From: a virus
Lineage: Duplodnaviria; Caudoviricetes
Length of the DNA: 64,000 nt
Virus record (IMG/VR): IMGVR_UViG_3300021401_000005
Location: 9,766 to 73,765 of that record
Strand: one strand, 5' to 3'
The stretch's first letter is position 1, and every line of letters starts with the position of its first letter. Positions 9,304 to 19,878 of this stretch are shown in pieces. Both the position numbers and the translations under genes were made by a program. The notes beneath the pieces were generated by a model that was not told where the DNA came from, ran no database searches, and saw nothing but the letters and a program-made list of their open reading frames with translations.

Positions 9304-10364
9304 TGCCACGAGAGACGGACGACCCCGAGCAGGCGACGCACTTCGGCGCGCTGATCGACGAACCGGACGACGATCTCTCGCCGGAGGAGCGATTAGAGCC
9401 GAAAACCGTCGTTGTCGGCGGCGCGCCGGTCCGCAAGGGCGACAAAAAGCCCACGCCGGCCGAGGTAGACTCGCCGATGCGGGCGTCGCCGGAGCCCCCG
9501 CCGGAGGATGAGGGCGTCCTTGAGCTGAAGCGCCAGCTCGCCAACCAGCAAAGTATGACGGCGCGCGCGGCCCAAGTGGCCCAGGCCGAGCACCAGCGGC
9601 GCATCCAGGCCGAACGCGGCCTAACCCAGTCGAATGTGCAGATGGTCGACGCCGCGATCGAGGCGGCGAAGCGCGATTCCGAACAGGCGCGAGCCTACTT
9701 CCAGGGCGCGCTCGATCGCGGCGACCACAAGGGCGCGTCCGAGGCCCAGGTCCTGCTCTCCGACGCCCGAGCCAACCTTCTGCGGCTGATGGAGATGCGC
9801 GAAGGCGTCGTCGCCGAGGCGCAGCAGCAGCCACAGCAGCAGCCGCAGCCGAGGCAGGCGCCGCAACCGCAGCGCCAGTACACGGACCCCAGCCAGCTGA
9901 TGCAGGCCAACGTCCAAAACCTCTCCGGCCACCTCGACCGAACCGGCTTCCCGAAGAGCGCTGCGTGGATCAGGTCCCACCCCGAGGCGGTCAAGGATCA
10001 GGCGGCGATCGACTCGGTCGACGGCGCGCACAACGCTGCCGTCAAGACGTTCAAATTGATCCCCGAAACAGACGCCTACTTCGACAAAATCGAGGAGCTG
10101 CTTGGCGCAGGAGAAGACCGACAGATGGGACCACAGACGCGCCAGGGCCAGCGCCAGATGGGCCAGTTGCAGCGAAACATGGCCGCGCCGGCCCGCGCCG
10201 AAGCGCCAAGCTTGCGCACCGGCCGCACGCGCGGCACGGCGGTCGCGCTCACCGCTCGCCAGCGTGAGCATGCCCGCGACGTCCTCGGCATGAGCGACGA
10301 CGAGTACGCGGCCGAGCTGCTCGACGCTCAGTCGCGAGGCAAAATGTTGGGAGCCCGCTCATGA
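9303..10364 (+). CDS. Probable capsid scaffolding protein
   Basis: Acidic N-terminus, coiled coil, C-terminal VALTARQREHARDVLGMSDDEYA; lies upstream of the capsid genes. Confidence 0.7.
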   Translation: MPRETDDPEQATHFGALIDEPDDDLSPEERLEPKTVVVGGAPVRKGDKKPTPAEVDSPMRASPEPPPEDEGVLELKRQLANQQSMTARAAQVAQAEHQRRIQAERGLTQSNVQMVDAAIEAAKRDSEQARAYFQGALDRGDHKGASEAQVLLSDARANLLRLMEMREGVVAEAQQQPQQQPQPRQAPQPQRQYTDPSQLMQANVQNLSGHLDRTGFPKSAAWIRSHPEAVKDQAAIDSVDGAHNAAVKTFKLIPETDAYFDKIEELLGAGEDRQMGPQTRQGQRQMGQLQRNMAAPARAEAPSLRTGRTRGTAVALTARQREHARDVLGMSDDEYAAELLDAQSRGKMLGARS

Positions 10365-10933
10365 CCCTTCGTACCAACGGCGACGAGGAGCCGGCCGGCT
10401 TCATGGGTGCTAGGCGTCCAGGCATCCGAACTGAAGAAGAAGCCCGCCCTGGCTACGTCGACCACGCCGAGCGTGCGCGGCTTAGGATCTCCGAGCTGCG
10501 CGCCCAGTACGGCGATCTCGATGACGAGGGAGATGGCGATCTCTACCTCGACCGCTTCTATGCCGAAGCGCCTCCCGGCTGGACCTATGAGTGGAAAACC
10601 CACACGGTCTTCAATAAGACGTTCCCCCATTACACGAACCAGCTGCTTAGGAGTGGTTGGTCGCCGGTTCCGGCCAACCGCCACCGCGAGCTTCTGTATC
10701 CTGAATACACGGATGAGTCCGTGATTCTGGACGGCCTTATGTTGATGGAAAGGCCTAAAGAACTGACTGATCGGCGCAGGATGCGCGAGCGCATCAAAGC
10801 GACCGAGCAAGTAAGGACGTCCGAGGCGAAGTTGGTTGAGGCGCCACCCGGGACGGCGCCACGCGATCAGCATCGGAAAACGCATCCTCGGGTGGGGTCC
10901 ACCGTGGGTCCCATAGGCATTCCCGACGACTAG
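10361..10933 (+). CDS. Conserved head-region hypothetical protein
   Basis: PPGWTYEW...GWSPVP...DGLMLMERP; coupled to the scaffold gene. Confidence 0.65.
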   Translation: MTLRTNGDEEPAGFMGARRPGIRTEEEARPGYVDHAERARLRISELRAQYGDLDDEGDGDLYLDRFYAEAPPGWTYEWKTHTVFNKTFPHYTNQLLRSGWSPVPANRHRELLYPEYTDESVILDGLMLMERPKELTDRRRMRERIKATEQVRTSEAKLVEAPPGTAPRDQHRKTHPRVGSTVGPIGIPDD

Positions 10934-10935
10934 CC

Positions 10936-11175
10936 TTGACAGATCGCCGAATCTTGCGCGAGAAACTGAACCGCCACCGACAAGTGCGTAATTCGGAGCC
11001 TCGCGAGCATCGGAAAGCGCAAACTCCGGACGGGCAACACCGTCGGCCCATGGCATTCCCGACTTAGGCGGTAGGTGAGGGTGCGGCGCTCGTGCTCTCG
11101 CTTGAAAGACTGCAAGTCACGTCCGGCGCTCGGTGTGACGAACCCTGAAATCCCGCAATCGCGGAAGGGATCGTC
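10936..11175 (+). promoter_or_regulatory. Candidate promoter (TTGACA at 10936) and structured ~240-nt leader of the capsid operon
   Basis: Perfect -35 hexamer but no clear -10; several hairpins, two carrying CGGCGCTCG. Confidence 0.45.
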
Positions 11176-11775
11176 ATGGCCAATACGAATGCGCCTTTCG
11201 GCTTCGCTGACTCACACCGCCTCGGCGCCGCCGTCAATTATCAGATGTCCCGCCGCTGGATCTCGGCCAGCAACCCCACTCCCATTTTCACGGGCGATCC
11301 AATCGTCCAGCTCTCGACCGGCTACATCGCCCAGGCCGCCCCTAGCGGGACCCAGATCGGCGGCATCTTTGTCGGTTGCGAGTATATGTCGGCGTCGCAG
11401 AAGAAGTGGATCGCCGTCCCGTATTGGCCTGGGAACGACGCGGTCCTGAGTGGCTCCGGCTTCGACGTCCAGGCGAAAATCATTGACGATCCGCTGACCG
11501 TCTTCAGGGTTCAGGGCAACGGCTCGATCACGCTCGCGATGGTGGGCATGAACGGCCAGTTTGCGATCGGCACGGGCAATACGGTGAGCGGCAGATCGGG
11601 CGCGACGCTCGATGTGGTGACCAACATACCCGCTGTGACGGCGGGCTTCCCGTTCCGCATCATCGACCTCGTTCGGGACCCGCCGGGGAGCCAGGGGGCG
11701 GATCTGACGACGCCCTACAATTGGGCCTACGTCACCTTCAATAATCAGGATTACAAATCCCTAACGGGCATCTGA
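11176..11775 (+). CDS. Capsid decoration/cement protein
   Basis: MANTNAPFGF start, IFTGDPI, GIFVGCEY, IIDDPLTVFRVQ; immediately before the major capsid gene. Confidence 0.7.
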   Translation: MANTNAPFGFADSHRLGAAVNYQMSRRWISASNPTPIFTGDPIVQLSTGYIAQAAPSGTQIGGIFVGCEYMSASQKKWIAVPYWPGNDAVLSGSGFDVQAKIIDDPLTVFRVQGNGSITLAMVGMNGQFAIGTGNTVSGRSGATLDVVTNIPAVTAGFPFRIIDLVRDPPGSQGADLTTPYNWAYVTFNNQDYKSLTGI

Positions 11776-11789
11776 GGAGGATCTGACCG

Positions 11790-12704
11790 ATGGCTGTCTC
11801 AGTCGCCCAGGCTTATGACCTCCTGTTTCCCGGCCTCCGAAAGGTGGCGGGGCAGTACAAGGACATCGACCGGATTTATCCGAAAATCTATAAGGTCGAT
11901 AAATCCAACATGTCCGTGGAGCGCACCGCCTCGATGCGCTTCCTCGGCCTCGCTGCACTGAAGAACGAGGGCGGACCGACCACTTTCGATAATCAGGCCG
12001 GCGAGAGGTACGTCTATAACCAGTACCACAAGGAAATCGGCCTCGGGTACGCCTTCACCCGAAAGATGATCGACGACAATCTGTACAAGAGACAATGGCA
12101 GCCATCGAACCTCGGGCTGCAAAAGTCTTTCAATCAGACCAAGGAAATCTACGGGGCTTATCCCCTCAACAACGCGACGGTTTACGACCCCACGATCTTA
12201 GGGGATCAGCAACCGCTTTGCTCGCTCAATCATCCTATCGACACGGGCGTCGTTCCCAACCGCTTCGCCGTCGACATGGATCTGAACGAGGCCTCGCTGC
12301 TCAGCGCCCAGGCCTCGATTCGCGGCTTGTTCCGCGACAACGCCGGCCTCCGCATGCAGGCCCGCGCCCGCAAGCTGGTCGTCCCCATCGCGCTCGAACC
12401 GATCGCCATCCGGCTGCTAAGAACAGTCTTGCGTCCTGGCACCAGCGACAATGACGTCAACGCAATTCCGGAGACCTCTGGAGGTATTCCCGATGGTCAT
12501 CTGGTGCATGATTACCTGACATCGCCGACAGCTTGGTTCGTAATGACGGATCAAGAAGGCTTGCTATACTTGCAGCGAGTGTCATTTGAGCTTGATATGC
12601 AAGTGGACTTTACTAGCGACAACTTGCTTGTGAAGGGTTACGAGCGCTATAGCTTCGGCTATTTCGACTTCAGAGCGATCTGGGGTTCGTTCCCTACCCA
12701 ATAA
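11790..12704 (+). CDS. Major capsid protein (Mu gpT-like HK97 fold)
   Basis: 304 aa. LLFPGL, LGYAFTRKMIDDNLY, DLNEASL, HDYLTSPTAWF and KGYERYSFGYFDFRAIWGS; GAGGAGG RBS. Confidence 0.92.
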   Translation: MAVSVAQAYDLLFPGLRKVAGQYKDIDRIYPKIYKVDKSNMSVERTASMRFLGLAALKNEGGPTTFDNQAGERYVYNQYHKEIGLGYAFTRKMIDDNLYKRQWQPSNLGLQKSFNQTKEIYGAYPLNNATVYDPTILGDQQPLCSLNHPIDTGVVPNRFAVDMDLNEASLLSAQASIRGLFRDNAGLRMQARARKLVVPIALEPIAIRLLRTVLRPGTSDNDVNAIPETSGGIPDGHLVHDYLTSPTAWFVMTDQEGLLYLQRVSFELDMQVDFTSDNLLVKGYERYSFGYFDFRAIWGSFPTQ

Positions 12705-12718
12705 ACTGAGGAAATACG

Positions 12719-13939
12719 ATGGCCAAGGAAACATTTACCGGGCCAATCCTCGTCCTCGGTGGGCTGGCTGGCGGTCCTAGCGGCGGGCAACCGAGGGAAT
12801 ATTCGGACGAGATCGGCCCCTCGCTGTTCTGGGGCGGCTACGGGATTCCTGCGACCGGCGCGGTTGCCAGCAAGGATAAAACCGGCCCGGGGACGATCCC
12901 CTGCATCACCGGGGCGAGCCCGATCAAGACGGTCAGCGTGCCCGTGACCCCCGGCGCAGCCGCGCTAACCACCGCCGCCAATGCCGTCGCCGGCACGCCC
13001 TTGCCGAACCTGACGACTTACAACGCTGGCCGCGCGCCCGTTCCGGCCCTCGTCGGCGGCCAGACGGTGAACGCCATCGCCTTGGACATGGGCATCGACA
13101 CGGCCACCTTCCAAACGGCTGGAACGGTGACGCTGGCGGTCGCCGCCAACGCATGGCGCTATTCGAGACCCGGCATGTGGCTGGCGCTGCTCAACGGCGG
13201 CGTTGCCGGCGCGTGCTTCTTCACCCAGGTCCGGTCCGTCAACCTCGCCACGGGCGTGATCACCGTCTCCCCCGCGCCGACAAGCGCGAACAATGCGACC
13301 GGCCAGATCTCGTTCACCAGCCGCTTCAACCCGAACAGCTACGGCTTCCCGGCGCCGACCGGCGTGTCGGGCGAAGCGCCCGCCGGGAGCGCGCGCATCA
13401 GCATTCCGGAGATGGGCAACGGGCGCGGCGTCGGCGTGACGGGCGTCGCGGGCGGCACGGGTGGCCCCGTCCTGATCCAGGGCGTCGATGTTTTCGGCGC
13501 GCCCACCAGCGAAATCATCGTCGCCGGGGCCGGCGCGGGCACGACCTGGGGCAAGAAAACCTACGACGTGTTCATCTCGGCGACGCCGCAGTTCACCAAC
13601 GCCGCCAACTATACCGTCGTCACCTCCGACCTCATCGGCTTGCCGATTACCCTGCTCGGGCCGAGCGGCCTCTATGCGGTGATCTTCGGCGCCACGACGG
13701 AACCAGCGGCGGATTACACCATCGTCCCCGGCGACCTGACCTTCCCGGCCACGCAAACGACCGGCGATCCGCGTGGCGGCATTCAAGTCACCGCCAATGG
13801 TCCGGCGGCTGCGCCTGGAACGCCGCTCGTCCTCGACGGCACGACCGTGCTCCAGATTTGGCAGATACTGGACCCGCTCCAAGTCGCGCTTGCGACCACG
13901 ACCAATCCCGGTCCATTGCTGGGCGTGCCATCGGTTTAA
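12719..13939 (+). CDS. Virion structural protein
   Basis: MAKETFTGP start, beta-rich and Gly/Thr-rich; directly after the capsid gene. Confidence 0.65.
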   Translation: MAKETFTGPILVLGGLAGGPSGGQPREYSDEIGPSLFWGGYGIPATGAVASKDKTGPGTIPCITGASPIKTVSVPVTPGAAALTTAANAVAGTPLPNLTTYNAGRAPVPALVGGQTVNAIALDMGIDTATFQTAGTVTLAVAANAWRYSRPGMWLALLNGGVAGACFFTQVRSVNLATGVITVSPAPTSANNATGQISFTSRFNPNSYGFPAPTGVSGEAPAGSARISIPEMGNGRGVGVTGVAGGTGGPVLIQGVDVFGAPTSEIIVAGAGAGTTWGKKTYDVFISATPQFTNAANYTVVTSDLIGLPITLLGPSGLYAVIFGATTEPAADYTIVPGDLTFPATQTTGDPRGGIQVTANGPAAAPGTPLVLDGTTVLQIWQILDPLQVALATTTNPGPLLGVPSV

Positions 13940-13949
13940 GGAGGCTTCG

Positions 13950-14333
13950 ATGCGAGGCGAATCGGGTCGCAGTAATCGGGCGTCTGGCGGCAGCGCGCTC
14001 AAGAAGCAGTCAGCCAAGCATGTCGTGCGTGAGGCGAAAGGCGCCCATCCGCACAACGAGCCTGACGACGCCACCTCGCGCGGCGATGGACCGATCTTCC
14101 GCGCCAAGGGCGGCAAGGTGAAGAAATTCGCCGACGGCGGCGCGCTCAAGCGGGCCTTCGGCGGCGCAACGATCGGCGGCGGCGGCAAGAAGCCCTCGGC
14201 AGGGCGAGCCGCTCGCGCACGCGGCGGCGGCGTCGGCGCGGATCTGCATCCCAAAACGCACGAGGGTGGCTCCGGACCGAAAGGCCGCAAGATCATGAGC
14301 GATTCGGAGAAAGAACCCGAGGACTGCAACTAA
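13950..14333 (+). CDS. Small basic protein with five xAxGG motifs
   Basis: AAGGAGG RBS before ATG 13950; RASGG, RAKGG, FADGG, RAFGG, RARGG. Confidence 0.75.
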   Translation: MRGESGRSNRASGGSALKKQSAKHVVREAKGAHPHNEPDDATSRGDGPIFRAKGGKVKKFADGGALKRAFGGATIGGGGKKPSAGRAARARGGGVGADLHPKTHEGGSGPKGRKIMSDSEKEPEDCN

Positions 14334-14406
14334 TTCGGAGAGACGCCCGCGACTTTTGTCGAACCGGCAGCCCAGCCTCTCAACACCCGGGCGTCTATAT
14401 CCGCAT

Positions 14407-14435
14407 ACGCCGCCCTCCAAGGCGGCGTTTTCTTT
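14407..14435 (+). terminator. Rho-independent terminator
   Basis: ACGCCGCC-ctccaa-GGCGGCGT followed by TTTCTTT. Confidence 0.75.
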
Positions 14436-14446
14436 AGGAGAGTTGA

Positions 14447-14785
14447 ATGCGCCCGATCTCAGTGACCCAGGCAGGCGTAGGCGCATCGCAAATGGTGCGC
14501 TTGGATGAGTGGGCGGACGCGCCAGTCGGCATTCAGGTCTCGATCCTCGCGGGCTCGCCAACCTTCACGGTCCAACATTCGTTCGACGACCCGAATGACT
14601 TGATCAATCCCGTGCCTGTGGGGAGCATGTTCTGGGATACAGGGCTCGTCCCGGCTGGAGCTGTCGGCGGGACGGCGGGTCTGACCTTCTCGATAGCGAC
14701 CGCGCCGCTCTGGATGAGGCTCAACGTGACCGCAGCGGGCACGGCCAAGATGGTCGTCACGCAATACAATGTCGTTGAGGGATGA
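14447..14785 (+). CDS. Virion protein, paralog 1 of 3
   Basis: HSFDDPNDLINPVPVGSMFWD...ATAPLWMRL is shared with the next two ORFs. Confidence 0.75.
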   Translation: MRPISVTQAGVGASQMVRLDEWADAPVGIQVSILAGSPTFTVQHSFDDPNDLINPVPVGSMFWDTGLVPAGAVGGTAGLTFSIATAPLWMRLNVTAAGTAKMVVTQYNVVEG

Positions 14786-14786
14786 T

Positions 14787-15224
14787 GTGCGCGCGATCAC
14801 CGCCGTCGTGAGTCCGGGATCAGCCAACCTTCAGGCGATGATCCGCATGGACAATTTCGCGACGGCGGTCCTCGGCGGCCAAATCATCGCCTCGGGCGGC
14901 GCCACGTATCAGCTCAGACATTCGTGCGACGACCCGAACGACCTCGTGAATCCGGTGCCGGTCAACTCGATGTTCTGGGACAACTCGCTCCTGCCAACCG
15001 AGATGCAGCCCACTCCCGCGACCGCGAGCGGCAGCTTTCAGATAATGGCCACGCCGTTGTGGTTCAGGCTTCTCCTCGTCAATGGGCAAGGCTCGGTGCG
15101 CTTGACGCTGCTTCAGGTGGGCGAGCACAGCCACTCGAACATCACCCAAGGGCCGTTCGCGCCGGCTGGTACTGTCGACGATGAGGTGCCCGAAGGCTCG
15201 AACTTTAGGGCGATGATGAAATGA
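14787..15224 (+). CDS. Virion protein, paralog 2 of 3
   Basis: HSCDDPNDLVNPVPVNSMFWD...ATPLWFRL; GTG start inferred. Confidence 0.7.
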   Translation: MRAITAVVSPGSANLQAMIRMDNFATAVLGGQIIASGGATYQLRHSCDDPNDLVNPVPVNSMFWDNSLLPTEMQPTPATASGSFQIMATPLWFRLLLVNGQGSVRLTLLQVGEHSHSNITQGPFAPAGTVDDEVPEGSNFRAMMK

Positions 15225-16177
15225 GGGCGCTCACCGCCATCGCGACTCCAGCAGCGCCATCGCCGATGGTCTGCCTCGATTCGTGGGCGGGTTCGATGCT
15301 GGGCGTTCAGGTCGTCCCATCGGGTGGCGCGCAATTCACGATTGACTACAGCTTCGACAACCCGAATGACTTGATCTCGCCCGTTCCAGCTGGGTCCATG
15401 TCCTTCGACAGCTCGATGGTTCCGGCTGGGGCAGTTGGCGGGGCGGCTAGCGTAAGCTTTCAGATCCCGGCCGCGCCGATCTGGGGGCGGCTAAGGCTTC
15501 TGAACGGTTTGGGTCAGGTGCGCGCGGTCTTTCTCCAGCCAGGAAAGCGCGCCTATCCGCCCGCCGTTAGCGGGGCGCCTCCGGTTGTCACTTCGGTCTG
15601 GAGCCCCTCGGACGCCGCCGCCAATGGCATGACGCTCACCAATGGCGGGCTGACGGTGACGCCGTCTGGTTTTGTTGGCAATCAAGCCATACGGGGAAGT
15701 ATAAGTCATAACACTGGCAGGTATTATGTTGAATTTTTGACCACTGTAGCGGCGGTAAATGGGAATATGATGTTTGGAATGGCCGATACAACTTTCAATG
15801 CGGCCGATCAATATCCAGGATCGAATGGAATTTCTTTTGGTTTCCAATTGGCTGGAGCAACCTATCAGACGGCTGGTTTTACCGCTCACTTCACTCCTAC
15901 AGCGACGCCAAATGCCAATGATGTGTTTGCGTTTGCGGTGGATTTTGATGCTGGCGCAGTCTGGATGGCTTTAAACAATGTTTGGTATGGCGAAGGCAAT
16001 CCAACCGTTGGTATTGGAGTAAATCCGACCATGACTATGAGTGCAGCGCCTGCTCTTGGCGCTGCACTTTTTCCTGCTTTGGGATTTTACGGGTCAAGCC
16101 AAGGCGTCTGGACCCTTCAGCCGACCGCCGCCAGCCAGAAGTACGCCCCGCCAACCGGGTTCAGCCGATGGGGATGA
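15221..16177 (+). CDS. Virion protein, paralog 3, fused to a SPRY/B30.2-like domain
   Basis: YSFDNPNDLISPVP N-domain, then MTLTNGGLTV...GRYYVEF...FAVDFDAGAVWMALNNVW (SPRY/ConA-like). Confidence 0.75.
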   Translation: MRALTAIATPAAPSPMVCLDSWAGSMLGVQVVPSGGAQFTIDYSFDNPNDLISPVPAGSMSFDSSMVPAGAVGGAASVSFQIPAAPIWGRLRLLNGLGQVRAVFLQPGKRAYPPAVSGAPPVVTSVWSPSDAAANGMTLTNGGLTVTPSGFVGNQAIRGSISHNTGRYYVEFLTTVAAVNGNMMFGMADTTFNAADQYPGSNGISFGFQLAGATYQTAGFTAHFTPTATPNANDVFAFAVDFDAGAVWMALNNVWYGEGNPTVGIGVNPTMTMSAAPALGAALFPALGFYGSSQGVWTLQPTAASQKYAPPTGFSRWG

Positions 16178-16181
16178 TCTG

Positions 16182-16889
16182 ATGAGCAACGGCGTCGTTC
16201 AGCCGAGCAATACGAGCGGCAGCTTCGGCTTCTTCCCTTCGCTGGGCGAGGTCACGCTCAACGCCCTCTCGCGCATCCGGATTCGCGGCCCGATGGTGCT
16301 CGCCGAGCACCTCCACCAAGCCTGGATGGAGGCGAACCTTCTACAGGTCGAGTGGTCGAACAAAGGCCCCAATCTCTGGAAGGTCACCGAGCAAGTCATC
16401 GAGACGGTTCCGGGCGTGCCGACCTATCCGATCCCGAGCACGACGATCATGGTGCTCAACGTCACGATCGGCACCGGAGACCCGCCGAACGAGACCGAGC
16501 TGACCATCACGCCGATGACGCGGCAAGAGTACACGATGCAGCCGAACAAGTTGCAGCAAGCGAGGCCGACGACGTTCTGGTTCGACCGCACGATCTCGCC
16601 GACGATCACGCTCTGGCCCTGCCCGAATCAGGTCTTCAACATGCATGTGTGGAGCTTCGGTCAGCAGATGGACGCGATGCAACGCGGTGCGATGCAGCTC
16701 GACGTTCCCTATCGTTGGCTCGATGCGGCGGCGGCCGGCCTCGCCTACCGACTCGCGATGCATTACGCCAATGATCTCGAAGCGCAGCGCAAAGCGCAGT
16801 CGGATGACGCCTATCAGGCCGCCGCGACGCAGGACACGGAGACCGGATCGATCTACGTTCTGCCGATGATCCAGGGCTACTACGATTGA
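16182..16889 (+). CDS. Probable head-to-tail adaptor
   Basis: NLLQVEWSNKGPNLWKV, PNKLQQARPTTFWFDR, ITLWPCP, DVPYRWLDAAAAGLAYRLA. Confidence 0.7.
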   Translation: MSNGVVQPSNTSGSFGFFPSLGEVTLNALSRIRIRGPMVLAEHLHQAWMEANLLQVEWSNKGPNLWKVTEQVIETVPGVPTYPIPSTTIMVLNVTIGTGDPPNETELTITPMTRQEYTMQPNKLQQARPTTFWFDRTISPTITLWPCPNQVFNMHVWSFGQQMDAMQRGAMQLDVPYRWLDAAAAGLAYRLAMHYANDLEAQRKAQSDDAYQAAATQDTETGSIYVLPMIQGYYD

Positions 16890-16900
16890 GGTAGGACCAG

Positions 16901-17278
16901 ATGGGGTACGCGAGCCAATCCGGCCGAGCCATCACCAACCCCGGAGCGCCACGCGCCTTCGGCGTCTGCGATCGGTGCGGCATTTGGTACAACCTCCACA
17001 GGCTCGGCTATCAGTACGAGTGGCAAGGCACCCAGCTCATCAATACGCGCATGCGCGTCTGCTACCTGTGCAAGGATCGCCCGAATCCGCAGATGAAGGC
17101 GAAGGTCGCGCCGCCTGATCCGGTGCCCGTGTACGATCCGCGCCCCGAGAATTTCATCGCCAGCCGCTTCGATCCGGCGCCCGTCTCGGGGAACCCGCTC
17201 ACCACGCAGCAGCAGCCTCCGCCACGGTTCCGGCCGATCATGACCGAAGGCAGCGCCGACGCGATCGCGATCGAATAG
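16901..17278 (+). CDS. Cys-motif tail-region protein
   Basis: AFGVCDRCG...VCYLCKDRPNPQ...DPRPE. Confidence 0.65.
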   Translation: MGYASQSGRAITNPGAPRAFGVCDRCGIWYNLHRLGYQYEWQGTQLINTRMRVCYLCKDRPNPQMKAKVAPPDPVPVYDPRPENFIASRFDPAPVSGNPLTTQQQPPPRFRPIMTEGSADAIAIE

Positions 17279-17286
17279 GGGGCTCC

Positions 17287-19878
17287 ATGAACAAGCGCGT
17301 CCTGCCTCCGACCGTTCCCGATCCGGCTGCGCCGTCGTCGCCGATCGAAGGCGTGCCTGGACCCGCTACCTGGGACCCTGGCCAAGCGCCGCAGAACACG
17401 ACGCCGATCTCGGAGCTGCCGCTAGCCGGCGCGCTCCAGGGTCCCGAATTGATGGCGGTGGTTCAGGGCGGGATCACTGCTCAGACATCGATTGCGCAGC
17501 TCATTCGGTTCGTCGAAATGCCGACGCCGATCGCGGTGGGGCTGGGCGGCACGGGCACCGCGTCTCTCCCGCCGAACAGCGTGCTTCTCGGCGGCGTGAC
17601 CCAAGTCGGCGTGATCTTACCGCAGACGAACGGCTCGGTGCTCGTCAGCGGCGTGGGGCCGCATTGGACGCCGGCCGGCGCTGCCGGCCAGTTTTTGCAA
17701 AGCCAGGGCGCGGGGAACGATCCGATCTGGTCGGCGATAGCGGGGATTCCCGGGCCTGCGGGACCGACTGGGCCGCAGGGGGCGACCGGCGCGCCAGGGC
17801 CGCAAGGTTCTCCGGGTCTTGCGGGGCCGCCAGGAGCGCAAGGACTGCCCGGGCCGCAGGGCTCGACCGGCTTGACCGGCGCGCAAGGGCCGACCGGCGC
17901 GCAAGGACCGCCAGGGGCCACCGGGCCGCAGGGGCCGACTGGGCCGGAGGGCGCCGATGGTCAGAGCGCGGTCATCATCGGCGAGTTCGGCGCATCCAAG
18001 ACGCCGGCCAATCTGCCAGCCAACGGTATCATTCCGGCGAACTGGGACGCTGCTGGCGTTCCGCCTGCGCAAATTACGATGGGGCTCAGCCAAGCTCTCG
18101 TTTACACGGTCAATGAGAACATCTGGGTCTATGTCGGCACGAGCGTTGTCTCGGCCGGATGGATTGACATTGGAGCTGCGGAGGGTCCTGCGGGGCCGAC
18201 CGGGCCGCAGGGGCCGGCCGGCGCGACTGGGTCGACTGGGCCGCAGGGGGCGACTGGGCCGCAGGGGGCGACTGGGCCGACGGGACCTACCGGGCCGACA
18301 GGTCCGCAAGGGCCGACCGCTGTGTCAACCAATGCGGGCAATCAGGCCACGCTTGGGACCGATAGCCTGACGTATGTTCCCCTCGGCGCCGGGGTTAACC
18401 CAGGCGCCGCTACGCCGCTCATGGACGGGACGGCGTCGGTCGGGTCGTCAGCGCTCTATTCGAGACAGGATCACGTTCACCCGAGCGATACATCGCGCTA
18501 CGCCGCTTCCAACCCGTCCGGCTTCCAGACGGCTGCGCAAGTCACAGCTTCGCTCGGCAACTATCTGCCGCTGTCGGGCGGCACGGTCTCGGGTGGCACC
18601 GCCTTCACCGCCGGGATCATTCTCGCAGGCCCCACCAATCTCAACCTTGGCGGCGGCTCGGCGGGACAGGTTCTAACCGCCACTGGCACCGGCGCCCTGC
18701 TGTCGTGGGGCGCTGTTGTGCCCGCCGCCTCGACCACCACGCCGTTGGTGGCTAGTGGGGCGGGGGCGATCGGCTCCTTGGCCACCTCTTTCGCGCTCGC
18801 CGATCATGTCCACCCAGCGCAGACCGTTTCGGCCGGCGATACTACGGACATCGCTTATTTCGGCGATGGGTCGGACGGCGCGGTCAGCATCACCACCACG
18901 GTCGCACTGACCCGCGACATGTACTATTCGAGCCTGACGATCAGCGGCGCGGGCATCCTGCAAACAAATGGTTGGCGGGTGTTTGTTTCTGGCGTGCTCG
19001 ACCTTTCATCGGCGGGCGCGGGCGCGATTTTCCCTACAACCTTACCGTCGACTGTTGGAGGCAACGGCGGCAGTCCGACAGGGGGGACCGGTGGGCTGAA
19101 TAGGCAAGGACAATGGTTCACAAGTGTGTCGGGCGGTGTGGGTGGCGCAGGTTCCAGCACCGCTAACGGCAACGGTACTGCGGGAGGCTTGGTTACCCCG
19201 CCAAATAGCATCACAGGTTGTCTCGGCGGCGCGGGCGGCGTTGGCGGCGTTGGCGGATCACCTGGGATCGGGGGGGCTCCAGGGAACGGTGGCGCCATGA
19301 ACTACACTTTGGGTCGCCTTCGTTATCCAACGGTTTTCCCCCTTTATCCCATCAGCAGCAGCCCCGCCCCTACGTATTGTGGCGGCCTTCCCGGTTCGGG
19401 TGGCGGCGGGGGCGGCAGCCCCAATGGTGTATCCAGTCAAGGGGGCGGAGGGGGCGGAGGGGGCGCGGGTGGCGTTCTCTTCATCTGGGCGCGCACCATC
19501 AATCGCGGCGTAGGGACAGCGGCGGGAGTGATCAATCTGTCGGGTTTCAATGGCGGCAACGGTGGCGCTGTCGCCAATAGCGGTGGAGGCGGCGGAGGGG
19601 GTGGAGGCGGTGGCGGGGTTTATCTCGTTTTCCGGTTCTTGACCGGGACGCCTGTAGCCAATGCGATCAATCTGTCGGGCGGCAATGGCGGCAACGCCGG
19701 AACCGGGACTGCTGCTGCTCAAGGGCAAGGCGGTGCGGGCGGCAGCGCTGGGACTTTGACGATGTGCAATATCGCTGCTGACACGGTGACGGCGCAAATC
19801 GGATCGCCGGGGAGTCCGCCAACCGGCACCGGCAGTGTGACCGGCGGCTTGGGCGGCGTGGGCTTGTTCACCCTATGA
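17287..19878 (+). CDS. Tail fibre with collagen-like G-X-Y repeats and Gly-rich C-terminus
   Basis: Two runs of GPTGPQGAT-type triplets; DHVHP motifs; [10 protein letters not shown] followed by a Gly-rich domain. Confidence 0.85.
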   Translation: MNKRVLPPTVPDPAAPSSPIEGVPGPATWDPGQAPQNTTPISELPLAGALQGPELMAVVQGGITAQTSIAQLIRFVEMPTPIAVGLGGTGTASLPPNSVLLGGVTQVGVILPQTNGSVLVSGVGPHWTPAGAAGQFLQSQGAGNDPIWSAIAGIPGPAGPTGPQGATGAPGPQGSPGLAGPPGAQGLPGPQGSTGLTGAQGPTGAQGPPGATGPQGPTGPEGADGQSAVIIGEFGASKTPANLPANGIIPANWDAAGVPPAQITMGLSQALVYTVNENIWVYVGTSVVSAGWIDIGAAEGPAGPTGPQGPAGATGSTGPQGATGPQGATGPTGPTGPTGPQGPTAVSTNAGNQATLGTDSLTYVPLGAGVNPGAATPLMDGTASVGSSALYSRQDHVHPSDTSRYAASNPSGFQTAAQVTASLGNYLPLSGGTVSGGTAFTAGIILAGPTNLNLGGGSAGQVLTATGTGALLSWGAVVPAASTTTPLVASGAGAIGSLATSFALADHVHPAQTVSAGDTTDIAYFGDGSDGAVSITTTVALTRDMYYSSLTISGAGILQTNGWRVFVSGVLDLSSAGAGAIFPTTLPSTVGGNGGSPTGGTGGLNRQGQWFTSVSGGVGGAGSSTANGNGTAGGLVTPPNSITGCLGGAGGVGGVGGSPGIGGAPGNGGAMNYTLGRLRYPTVFPLYPISSSPAPTYCGGLPGSGGGGGGSPNGVSSQGGGGGGGGAGGVLFIWARTINRGVGTAAGVINLSGFNGGNGGAVANSGGGGGGGGGGGGVYLVFRFLTGTPVANAINLSGGNGGNAGTGTAAAQGQGGAGGSAGTLTMCNIAADTVTAQIGSPGSPPTGTGSVTGGLGGVGLFTL

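Noticed and set aside
10990-11065. CCTCGC and GGGCAACACC reminiscent of an HDV-like ribozyme
   Set aside because: Could not assemble the nested double pseudoknot or the catalytic C junction.
12965-14329. Long antisense ORFs (this 454-aa one, 26391-27680, 28581-29759 and others)
   Set aside because: Shadow ORFs of GC-rich coding strands, Arg/Gly-rich and opposite well-supported genes.
14336-14403. Extra stem AGACGCCCG/CGGGCGTCT before the terminator
   Set aside because: Single occurrence; most simply a 3' stabilising structure.
17750-18320. Tandem 9/18-bp repeats (GGGCCGCAGGGGGCGACT)
   Set aside because: Explained by collagen G-X-Y coding in the tail fibre.
15221-19878. Diversity-generating retroelement acting on the SPRY or fibre genes
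   Set aside because: No reverse transcriptase and no template/variable repeat pair seen.
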